DNA from: the human T2T-CHM13v2.0 reference genome, Homo sapiens
Length of the DNA stretch: 64,000 nt
Direction: 5' to 3' (one strand)
Assembly (NCBI RefSeq): GCF_009914755.1
Contig: NC_060936.1
Within the stretch, counting starts at the first letter, position 1. Each line of letters begins with the position of its first letter. A program made the translations under genes and the position numbers. Shown one piece after another: positions 41,046-51,000 of this stretch. The notes under the pieces are model-generated. The model did not search any database. It was not told where the DNA came from and saw only the letters and a program-made list of their open reading frames with translations.

Positions 41046-42250
41046 CTAAACCAAGAAGATCTGGGAAGGAGTCAGAGAGCCTTGGGCCAGAGTTCCAGGG
41101 GCTCTGGGAGTGGCTGCCAGGTGAGTTGGACAGTCCGATTTCCAGTGGGGTCCCACACAGATGGGACGCGGCTTAGGAGGAATCTGGGCTGCAGGCATTC
41201 CTTGGCCTGGTGGCCAGATTTCTGGCACTTGTAGCAAGCTCCTGGGGGAGGAGGTTCTGGAGGAACGCCTGGCTGCTGCAGTTCAGGCATTTGGAAGTTC
41301 TTGTGTGCAGGAGATGTGGCTGGGGTTTGTCTCACAGTGGAGGCAAGGAATTGCAACTTTTTTCTATTATTGTACACCTTGAAGGTGAGGTTAATTAAAT
41401 CCTGTTGTGGGGTTTGAGGGCCGGAATTTAATTTTTGGAGTTTTATTTAATGTCGGGAGCAGATTGAGTAATAAAATGTATTTTGAGAATAAGACGGCCT
41501 TTTGACCTTTTAGGGTCTAAGGCTGTAAAGTGTCTCAGGGTTGCTGCCAAACGAGCCATGAACTGGGCTGGATTTTTATATTTGATGAAAAAGAGCCTAA
41601 ACGCTATCTGATTTGGGATAAAGAAAAAGGAGCATTAACTTTGACTATGCCTTTAGCTCCAGCCACCTTTTTAAGAGTAAATTGCTGGGCAGGTGGGGGA
41701 GGGCTAGTCACGGAAAGAAACTGTAAGCCGGACCAGGTGTGAGGAGGGGAGGTGATAAAAAGATTATAGGGTGGAGGAGCAGAGGCTGAGGAAGAATTGG
41801 GACCTAGCTCGGCCTGGCGAGGAGCAGCCTGGGGAGGAGGGGAGAGGTCAGATGGGTCTGTAGAAAAGGAAGATTAGAAAGACTCAGTGACGCTTTGGGT
41901 TGGGACTGAGGGGACAGGTGGGAGGGAAAGAAGGAAGATTTGAGACGAGTTGCACTAGGCACAGAGACTAGGGAGGGACCGATGTGTAAAAGAATGCCTG
42001 GACATCAGGCACCTCAGACCGTTTGCCCATTTTACGACAAGAATTATTTAGATCTTGCAGGATGGAACAATTGAAAGTGCTGTTTTCTGGCTATTTGGAA
42101 CTACTGTCGAGTTTGTATCGGGGTCAAGCAGCATTGCAGAAGAAAATAAGATGCTTAGATTTTAGGTCAGGTGAGAGTTGAAGAGGTTTTAAGTTCTTAA
42201 GAACACAGGCTAAGGGAGAAGAAGGAGGAATAGAGGGTGGAAGGTTGCCC
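41046..42250 (-). pseudogene. gag: HERV-H gag remnant
   Basis: CCHC knuckle CYKCQKSGHQAKEC; second knuckle (PICVGPHWKSDC) is in another frame; upstream boundary approximate. Confidence 0.85.
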
Positions 42251-42339
42251 ATAGTGAAGGAGGCAAGTTTAAAGAAAAGGGAGAGTAGAGACACAGAGGG
42301 AAGCGGTTCAGGGGTTCTTACCCTCCAGAAAAGTGGGAA

Positions 42340-42583
42340 AGGGGTTGGGGCACAGAGATACGAGGTTGGGGTGCAGAAATAAGGGATCAGGGAACAGAGA
42401 TATAAGAGGTTGGGGAGCGGAAATAAGGGATCAGGGTGCAGAGATATAAGATGTCAGGGCACGGAAATAAGGGATTGGGGCACAGAGATAAGCAGTGTGC
42501 AGAAATAAGGGATTGGGGCGCAGAGATATAAGAGGTTGGGGCATGGAAATAAGGGATTGGGGCACAGAGATAAGAGGTTGGGG
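42340..42583. repeat. Degenerate ~20/40 bp tandem array in the HERV-H leader
   Basis: Alternating GGAAATAAGGGATTGGGGCACAGAGATA(TA)AGAGGTTGGGG units, about 5-6 copies. Confidence 0.85.
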
Positions 42584-43027
42584 TACTTGCCCCTCCTTTA
42601 GAAAATCGGGACTTGCCACTAAGAGTGAAGGAGAAGGGGTTGGGGGTTTCTTGCCCCCCAGAAAGGAGGAGAAGGGGTAGAGACACGGAGAGAAGGGGCT
42701 GAGGTATTTGCCCCTACCCCAGAAAAGCAGGACTTGCTGCTAAGGGTGAAGGACCAAGGCAGGCATCCCTGAGTGGTCTGACACCTCCGAAACCTGGGTG
42801 AATAATCAGAGAAGCGTCCCTCCAATGATTAAACACCAAGGGAAGGCTGCCTTCACTAGTCCGTGACCGGCACCAGAGTTTTGGGTCCACGGATAAAACG
42901 TATCTCCTTTGTCTCTACCAGAAAATGAAAGGAACTGAAATTAAAAGAAGGGAGAGATTGAAGAGTGGAAAGGAGAAAGTGGCTGAGGGACGGTGAGAGA
43001 GGTTGGAGAAGAGAGTAAAAAGAGGCC

Positions 43028-43036
43028 GCTTACCAG
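43028..43036 (-). promoter_or_regulatory. HERV-H major leader splice donor
   Basis: Minus strand AAATCTG|GTAAGC about 145 nt past the 5' LTR. Confidence 0.8.
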
Positions 43037-43159
43037 ATTTGAAATTGGTGAGATGTTTCTTGGGCTGGTTGGTCTGAGGACCTGAGGTCGTAGGTGGATC
43101 TTTCTCATGAAGCAAAGAGCAGGAGGACAGGGGATTGATCTCCCAAGGAAGGTCCCCCA

Positions 43160-43177
43160 ATCCGAGTCACGGCACCA
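43160..43177 (-). promoter_or_regulatory. Primer-binding site for tRNA-His
   Basis: TGGTGCCGTGACTCGGAT immediately 3' of the 5' LTR. Confidence 0.96.
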
Positions 43178-43179
43178 AA

Positions 43180-43586
43180 TTTCATGCGCGTCCGTGTGAA
43201 GAGACCACCAAACAGGCTTTGTATGAGCAACATGGCTGTTTATTTCACCTGGGTGCAGGCGGGCTGAGTTCGAAAAGAGAGTCAGCAAAGGGAGATAGGG
43301 GTGGGGCCGTTTTTATAGGATTTGGATAGGTAAAGGAAAAGGGGGGTTGTTTTTTTGGCGGGCAGGAGTTGGGGGGTCACAAGGTGCTCAGTAGGGGAGC
43401 TTTTGAGCCAGGATGAGCCAGGAGAAGGAATTTCACAAGATAATACCATCCGTTAAGGCAGGAACAGGGCATTTTCACTTCTTTTGTGGTGGAATGTCAT
43501 CAGTTAAGGCAGGAACCGGCCATCTGGATGTGTACGTGCAGGTCACAGGGGATATGATGGCTTAGCTTGGGCTCAGAGGCCTGACA
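43180..43586 (-). promoter_or_regulatory. HERV-H 5' LTR (LTR7, 7up-like) promoter
   Basis: TGTCAGGCCTCTGAGCCCAAG...GGACGCGCATGAAA; TATAAAA at 43317-43311; GGCCCCACCCC GC/GT box; ACAAAAGA at 43487-43480. Confidence 0.95.
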
Positions 43587-44394
43587 AAGTCATACCTTTG
43601 TTTAAGGTGCTTTTCTCACATCTTGTCTTAACTGAACTTTTACTTACACCAGTTTTTCCTTGGTTTGAGCAAATGATACAATATGTAGGCCTAAACTTTT
43701 AGCTCTGTGCTTTTGAAATACAAATCTTGTTTCACGTAAGAATTGTGCCTTTAGAAATACCACTTTGGTGCCTACTTAACAACTGCTTAGAACAATGAAA
43801 CAGGTAATTGGAAGATTGATAGGCTGAAGGGGGGAAATCCACTTAGAGTCTGACAAATGAGAATCCTTTATAAAAGCTGTAAGATCTGCTTCTATCTGTG
43901 TTTGTATGTCCGTATACATTATGTGTATGTGATAATATTTGGTAAAAAAAAAAAAAGAAAAAAAGCTAGTTTTAAAAATTGTTGGTAAAATAGGAATGGC
44001 TTCAAAATTATCAGTTAAATATAATTCAGTACTTGCTTGATTTGACTGCAAGCTTGTGTTTTTGGTTGAGCCTCTGGATTTGAGAGTCTGAGTAGGTGGT
44101 CATTGTGAGGCATGGGGACATGTTCTCAGTACCTAGACCAGCAGCTATAAGACAGAGACAGGCCCACTATGGACCCTTCTTCTTTGTCTCAGCTTTGCCT
44201 CCTGGCTATTCTGGGAGGGTTTCCATCCTCCAAACATTTTCTCCCTGGCTCTGTCTTTTATCCTGACCTCAATACCTGGTATATAAATACAGGACTCAAG
44301 CCCTGCTTTTCATAGTCCTCTTGGGTGCCACGTGGCTATCTGGAACCCAGGATGACTAGGAAAGACATTGGGTAGGGTATTTGTGCTATAGTTT

Positions 44395-45151
44395 GGAGAG
44401 ACAGGACTAGCTGGATTTCCTAGGCTGACTAAGAATCCCTAAGCCTAGCTGGGAAGGTGACCACATTCACCTTTAAACATGGGGCTTGCAACTTAGTTCA
44501 CACCCAACCAATCAGAGAGCTCACTAAAATGCTAATTAGGCAAAAACAGGAGGTAAAGAAATAGCCAATCATTTATTGCCTGAGAGCCCAGCGGGAGGGA
44601 CAAGGATCCGCATATAAACCCAGGCATTGCAGCCAGCATCGGCAACCCTCTTTGGGTCCCCTCCTTGTATGGGAGCTCTGTTTTCACTCTATTTCACTCT
44701 ATTAAATCTTGCAACTGCACTCTTCTGGTCCATGTTTGTTACGGCTCCAGCTGAGCTTTCGCTCACCATCCACCACTGCTGTTTTGCCGCTGTCACAGAC
44801 CCGCCACTGACTTCCATCCCTCTGGATCCAGCAGGGTGCCCGCTGTGCTCCTGATCCAGCAAGGTGCCCATTGCCACTCCCGATTGGGTTAAAGGCTTGC
44901 CATTGTTCCTGCATGGCTAAGTGCCTGGGTTCATCCTAATCCAGCTGAACACTAGTCACTGGGTTCCACGGTTCTCTTCCATGACCCACAACTTCTAATA
45001 GAGCTATAACACTTACTGCATGGCCCAAGATTCCATTCCTTGGAATCCGTGAGGCCAAGAACCCCAGGTCAGAGAACACGAGTCTTGCCACCATCTTGGA
45101 AGTGGCCCACCACCATCTTGGGAGCTCTGGGAGCAAGGACCCCTGGTAACA
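44395..45151 (+). mobile_element. HERV-W solo LTR (LTR17), full length
   Basis: GAGAGACAGGACTAGCTGGATTTCCTAGGC...CCCCTGGTAACA; 4 bp TSD GTTT; two CCAAT boxes, ATGCTAAT, TATAAA, ATTAAA. Confidence 0.96.
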
Positions 45152-46662
45152 GTTTCAAAATTATTTTCAGTAATTTAAAATTTTAAAGTCAACTTTTGTT
45201 AAATTAATAGTCATAAAATGCCTGAGTCATTTTTAAATAAGGTAAAATACTGAAATATTAGTTATCAGGCATGAGTTTAAGTCTATATACCTTGACATAT
45301 TATTTTTATACAGTATAGAAAAGCTAAATATATTTAGATCTGTTAACAATAATTTAGGAAAATGTCTTTCTAAAAAACTATAAACTTCTTTTTATCTATA
45401 AATACTGATATAAAACAGTTCAAAATTTCTTCCTAATATTTTCACTAGAAATTAGGGTTACTGAGAGTTAAAATTGGAGTTAATGTAATTAAAACTACTA
45501 GATATGAAAAAAACAATTATTTATACAGAATGTATAAACAAAAGCAAGATACGCTTTTGGTGAGGAAAGTTGTAAAGGCATAAAGGTGTGTGTTGACATA
45601 AAAATAATTTTGTCTAGTGTAGAAGTTTCTTAAAAATTTCAAATTGAATACGAAATAGGTAAAACTAAATGAATATAGAGAGTTTGGAAGAGCTAGAAAA
45701 TGTAAAACAAAAAAGTGTGTATGAAAATATTGTGTGGCTATAAGATGACAGATCTGATAGATTTATAAGGTTTTATTAAAATTAGCTTTAGTGTTGATAA
45801 TATACTAATCCAAAAGTAAAATTTGGTTTTCTCTTTTGAACAAAAATTTTTTGTAGTGTTAATATGTCAGTAAAATGTTTTTGTTCACCTTTTGAGTAAA
45901 AAGCAAAAAATAAGAAACAGTGATGAGAGAGAGACATATTCCATCTCATGCTCTATCTCTCAGGTATTTTGATTGTTTGGGAAACCGGGTCTTCTTTCAA
46001 AGAGTAAAGGTTTTTGCTTTTTTTCAAAATCTTTAAATTATTATTTTGGCTACATGGATGATCATTATTTTACAGTGGCCTGTGATTCTATTTTGGTTAA
46101 GTGTTTTAAAACACATATTTGACAGGTTTCCTAAAATCAAATTTCATCTTCATAATTAAGTCTTTTTTTTTTTTTGACCTCTAAAGTTAGGATGCTAGAG
46201 AAGGTCCCTGCAGCTTCCAAAAGCGAGAGAAATAGAATTATTTGATGTATTAAATTACATGGGAAGCCTTATCAAATACGAAATGATGTTTAACCTTCTT
46301 TGAGTTGTATTTCATAAATATGTTATTAATATATGTTCCAAAATTGTATGGGACTCCTAAAATTCTGATATGTCTGGGTATAGACTATCACTCATAATTA
46401 TGGTTAATATGTTAAATTATTGTAGGCCACAGATATAACCAAATTTCCTTGTGGATTGTGTCCTTATGCCTATCTTAAGTCATTTCCACAGTTAATTGCT
46501 TAATTCTGATGCAGTTTCTGAAAACTTCACAAGCAAGCAAAATCCTAGAATATTTGTGTCTTCAAAGAGGTTTGTGAAAGGATGGAAAGGACACTGATAA
46601 ACATTCTTGAATATAGGTTTCTGGTAACTACATGACCATATAATTTGAACTGGGTAAAAATT

Positions 46663-47049
46663 CCCTTTATGATTCATTTTATAATAAACCAGTAAACTAA
46701 GTAGGTGTTTTCCTCAGTTTTGTGAGCTGTCCCAGCTGAACCCAAAGAAGGGCTTGTGAGAATCTCAGTCTCCAGCCAGTCAAAGGACAGGTGACAACCT
46801 ACTACTTGCAATTGGCATCTTAAGTAGGCTAAGTGTTGTGAGACTGAGCCCTCAATCTGTGGAATCTACACCATCTTCAAGTAAATAGTTTCAGAATTGA
46901 ATTGAATTATAGGACATCCATTTGGTACCTGCTTGGAAAATTGATGGGGTGGGGGGGTGGGGAAACCTTTACATTTGGTCACAGAAGTGTTCTATGTTGA
47001 GTTTGAGACTAGAAAGCAAAAAAAAAAAAAATTTGTCTTTTCCTTTACA
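46663..47049 (+). mobile_element. MER21-like LTR, 3' half only
   Basis: TTTATAATAAACCAGTAAA, GACTGAGCCCTCAATCTGTGG, CAGAATTGAATTGAATT, CATTTGGTCACAGAAGT. Confidence 0.7.
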
Positions 47050-47784
47050 GAATCTAAGCCCTCAATAGAATGACACCACTGTGTGGTCAAGAATGGAGAA
47101 ACCCAAGAAACTTAGCATCCCAATATTGAGGTGTCTTCAGTATCTAAAAATTCTTTTACATCCATGCTTTAAAAGAACTTAAAGTCATTTGATAATGAAA
47201 ACAATACTTCCAGTTTGGTGTCTAATACTTTTACTTCCCAGCAGCATAATACCACTTTGGTCAGGTTGAACCACTGCACAATTTTGCAGCTCTTTCAGAA
47301 AAATAATGAAAACAATTGGAAAGACATGATGTACATGCAAATGGTGAGAAAATGATACTATTGTCCAATCCTTTCCCGTAAATGTAAAATATCCTTAGTT
47401 CATCTCCAAACTGTGTATTTATTATAAGCCCTTACATCAGGGATTTTGTTTCTTTCAGTTTTTGTAGCACCAAATAGACACAGCGGCTAACAAGAAATAA
47501 ATCTGAAAAGTCACTGAAATATTTATCACATGTCAGAAATTTTCTGGTCTGTACCTTTAACCATGTTCCTGGCTTCACATATTCTTCTTAAGAGTAAGCT
47601 ATAACATAAGATTGAGTTCCCACCCTGTGTTTGCTACTGATGTGATTTGTTTACCATGAATAATACTTTGTTAATATCTTTTGTATATTACTTTACAATT
47701 TCCAAGTATTTTATATACAGTGACTCACTTAGTGACTCATTCATTTTAATGTAATGGTGTCCCCCAAACCACAGATAATGATTA

Positions 47785-48000
47785 GACACATGAACTCTTG
47801 TGTCAGATTGCATGGGTTCAAATCCCAGTTCCACCTGCTAGCTGTGTGACCTTGGACAAGTCACATAATATATCTGTGCTTCAGTTTTTGTATCTATAAA
47901 ATGGAACCTACTGAATAGAGTTGTTGAAGGGATTTGGTGAGATAGTCCATAAAAGCACTCAGCACAGTGGCTAGAAAATAGAGCTGCATAAATGTTAGTT
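47785..48000 (+). mobile_element. MIR SINE
   Basis: GGGTTCAAATCCCAG..CTAGCTGTGTGACCTTGGACAAGT..CTATAAAATGG. Confidence 0.85.
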
Positions 48001-51000
48001 ATGAATAAATTACTTACCTACCTCACTGGGGTATAACCGTGGTTTATAGATAAACTAAGCAGCATTTTTGAGCAGTGGTTTTAGAAAAGCAAGCTCACAC
48101 AAATCTGTGCAGGGAGTATTTCATGACTTCCATGGGGTGAGGAATTTTATTTTTTCTATCAGGTGTGAAGAGGACCCAATGGACAGTAAACTCTCTAGTT
48201 ATTGCTAGAGTAAATGTTGGAGAGTTTCTCACAGTAACCTCCAAGAGGGATTGTGTCTGTCTTGTTTGCTGTTGCATTTCCAGAACCTAGCATGCACTAG
48301 GTACACAATAAGTATTTGTTAAATGAATAAACACATGGAAACATCTGAGTAAGTATGTGATTAAACTTCAGCTTAGTGTATTCCAGGAATCAAATATGAA
48401 AGGATAAATGATCTTTTGAAAATAGGAAGAGATTTAGGGATGGTGTCTCCAATTATTATGAATTTCTTAGAGAATGGTTGTTAATAAATATCAAAGGGGA
48501 TAATATGCCTGATGATCTTTTTATATAAAAATGAAAATATCTTTTATAAAATTTAAAAATGGGGTTTTATGTTTGAATCATTCCTGCCAGATAATTCAGG
48601 AAGCTTGTATAAAGAACTAGAAAGGTTGAGTTCAACTCAGCATAAAAACTCTGTATCCCCAAACATTGTTCCTTATCCACTGTTCAAATGTCCTCAAATC
48701 TTTGAAGCCTTTAAAGTAATTAATGAAATTTCAAATTCATACATCTAAAAAGTTTTTATATAGACTCAAAATATGGTTCTAACCATGAAACTTAGAAATC
48801 ATAGTGACAATCAGTATAATATAAGCTGGTAAAATTTGTGAGATTTTCAGAAGGCAAAATCCATGTTTTTTGTCTATTCACTGATTCAGCCACTTATTCA
48901 TCCAACAAATACCGAGTGCCTACATTGTGCCAGGCAGTGGTCAAGGCAGTCACAGCCCTTTCTCTATAGTTTTCCAGCTAGAGAGGGATGAGATGGGTTG
49001 GACCACCCCATATTTTGGAAGATCTTTTTCTATGTTGGCCTCCCTGAATCTTCAGAGCATTGAGTTCTAAGTTGTCTAAAGCTGGTCTTATGAACAGGCT
49101 GTGTCTGTATGATAAAAACAAACTAGTTAAAAGATGAGAAATTTAGGCATTATTCACACATCCACACATATCTATAGATGTTTAAAATAATGTAGACAAA
49201 ATATTCCACCTCTTGGGGTCCTACGGGCACAGTTGAGTAACATGAAATGAGATAAGATCAGTTTGATGTCACAGTTGAAAACTGCATTTGTAAATCTGTG
49301 TAATCCATCTCGAGCCAAGTTCTTTGGAGACAGTCTAAAATCCTTAAAAAGCCTCTGCATGCTAGATTTTGCATTTAGATCTAAGTATTGTCTTAAAAGA
49401 CTGTGATTGTTCACATAACTGGAGAATTCCCTATTGACTACATGATTGAGGAAACACAAAAGTCTGTTATTCTTTCCAAAGTCAATTGTAACTTAAGCTC
49501 ATTATCTCCCTGCAGATGTTCTATTTCAAATGACAACAGAATCAAAATGTAAATGCTCCAGTGAAAAGGCTTGGAAACTCTTTTACTGAACTGTGCTCTA
49601 TGTATTTGCCTTCAAAATCATAGCAGGAAAAAGTTTAGAAAAATCTATCCCACCGGCCACTGACCTAAAAAAGGGAAAAAATTAAATTTCACCAGGATTT
49701 CTGGTGATATCGTAGAAGTTTTTTAAATTATAACGTTTAATACCTAATTTGTTTATTACATTGAATTGAGCTTCATGTCAGAGCAATGCAGGTTTTTATT
49801 TTAATATAATTTGGGACATGTCAGTGGCTCTAATATGATCGTTAATAATGAAGATAATTAGTATAATACAAGTTGTGGTAATTTCCTTCTTCTGGCTTCA
49901 GTGAAACTTAAGAGAACCACAGGTGGCTTAAGTCTTAGTGATGGCTACCTCTGATTAAAACTTTAGGAAAAGACTTACATTTCAACCAACAAGATTTTAC
50001 TGAAGGAAAATGGTCATTTGTATATGAGACCACTCTGACGTATAATCCATCCTTAGATGTCCTAGGTGTGATGGATTGCTTCTTTACTTTGACAAACAAT
50101 CTGGTATGCCTTTATCAGCACTTAACATTAACCAAATGAAGCATAAATACAAAGGTTTCTAGAAAACACAAATGTAAACTATCTTACCATTTGATAGTTG
50201 TTTCTGTAACACTGTGACAATATTTGTATTGATGTGAAACCATATGATAACTTTAATTTTGACCAAACATTTATGACTAAGTGAAAACATACTCACTCAC
50301 CTTAAGCTCCAAATTTATACAATGTATTGAAATGTGTTGAAATGACCATTTTCTCATGACAAGGGTTCAGTGATTTCCCTTCATGAGAATCCTGTGGCAT
50401 TGCCTGAATAGCTTTAATATATCTTTGTTAAATGATAACTAAAATATATGTTTTATTAAATTTTTCTTATAAAAATGTGAACTATCTCTTTCAAACTGAA
50501 TAATACATCGTCTCCATTCATTCCCTTTTATCATGCTTGTCCTTTTTGTAAATCTATTTTACATAACATACAGGGTCCTAACTGCCCCCACCTCACCACC
50601 CCCGTTCTCTCTAGTAAAAAATGATATGTATTCAAGGATGGGAATCTGTTATCACAGGGGTGTATTGTTGAAATTAGCAAATGTCCTAGTTTTCTTGCTG
50701 TTTTTCCTCTGGTGAGGGATGCATTGTGAAGAGCAGGGAAAACCTGGTATTGACAATACTATCACCCAACAGGGCATAATAAAATGTGCTGGGTAGTTTT
50801 GATTGGTTTTGTTTTATTTTCAAGAAGACAGTCTAAACTGAGCTTCATACATTTCTATTTTGGGGGATTATCTGAAGTGTCAAATTGTATTGTATCTTGG
50901 GGAATCAATTTCTGTATTTGAGAAAAGGGAACATTCAAATATTTGCCTGTGGTTTACTGATCTATTTTGAATACTTCAACTAAGCAATTATTCTTTTCTT

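Larger units (their letters stand above)
37817..43586 (-). mobile_element. HERV-H provirus, two LTRs, common ~5.8 kb deleted form
   Basis: Two ~405 bp LTR7 copies, tRNA-His PBS, gag/pol remnants, PPT; flanks AATTC and AAGTC (5 bp TSD, one mismatch). Confidence 0.98.
36155..46662 (+). mobile_element. MER57/MER4-group internal region (non-autonomous ERV1), host to three nested insertions; no 3' LTR seen
   Basis: AT-rich MER4-int-like sequence resumes after each insert (37450-37816, 43587-44394, 45152-46662). Confidence 0.7.

Noticed and set aside
39284-41377. ORFs with RT, RNase H and zinc-knuckle motifs as functional genes
   Set aside because: Fragmented across frames, RT is deleted before the YxDD motif, and the RNase H Asp appears replaced (FIYGSS); annotated as pseudogene
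49172-49459. 95 aa ORF in unique sequence
   Set aside because: No recognisable homology; length is within chance expectation
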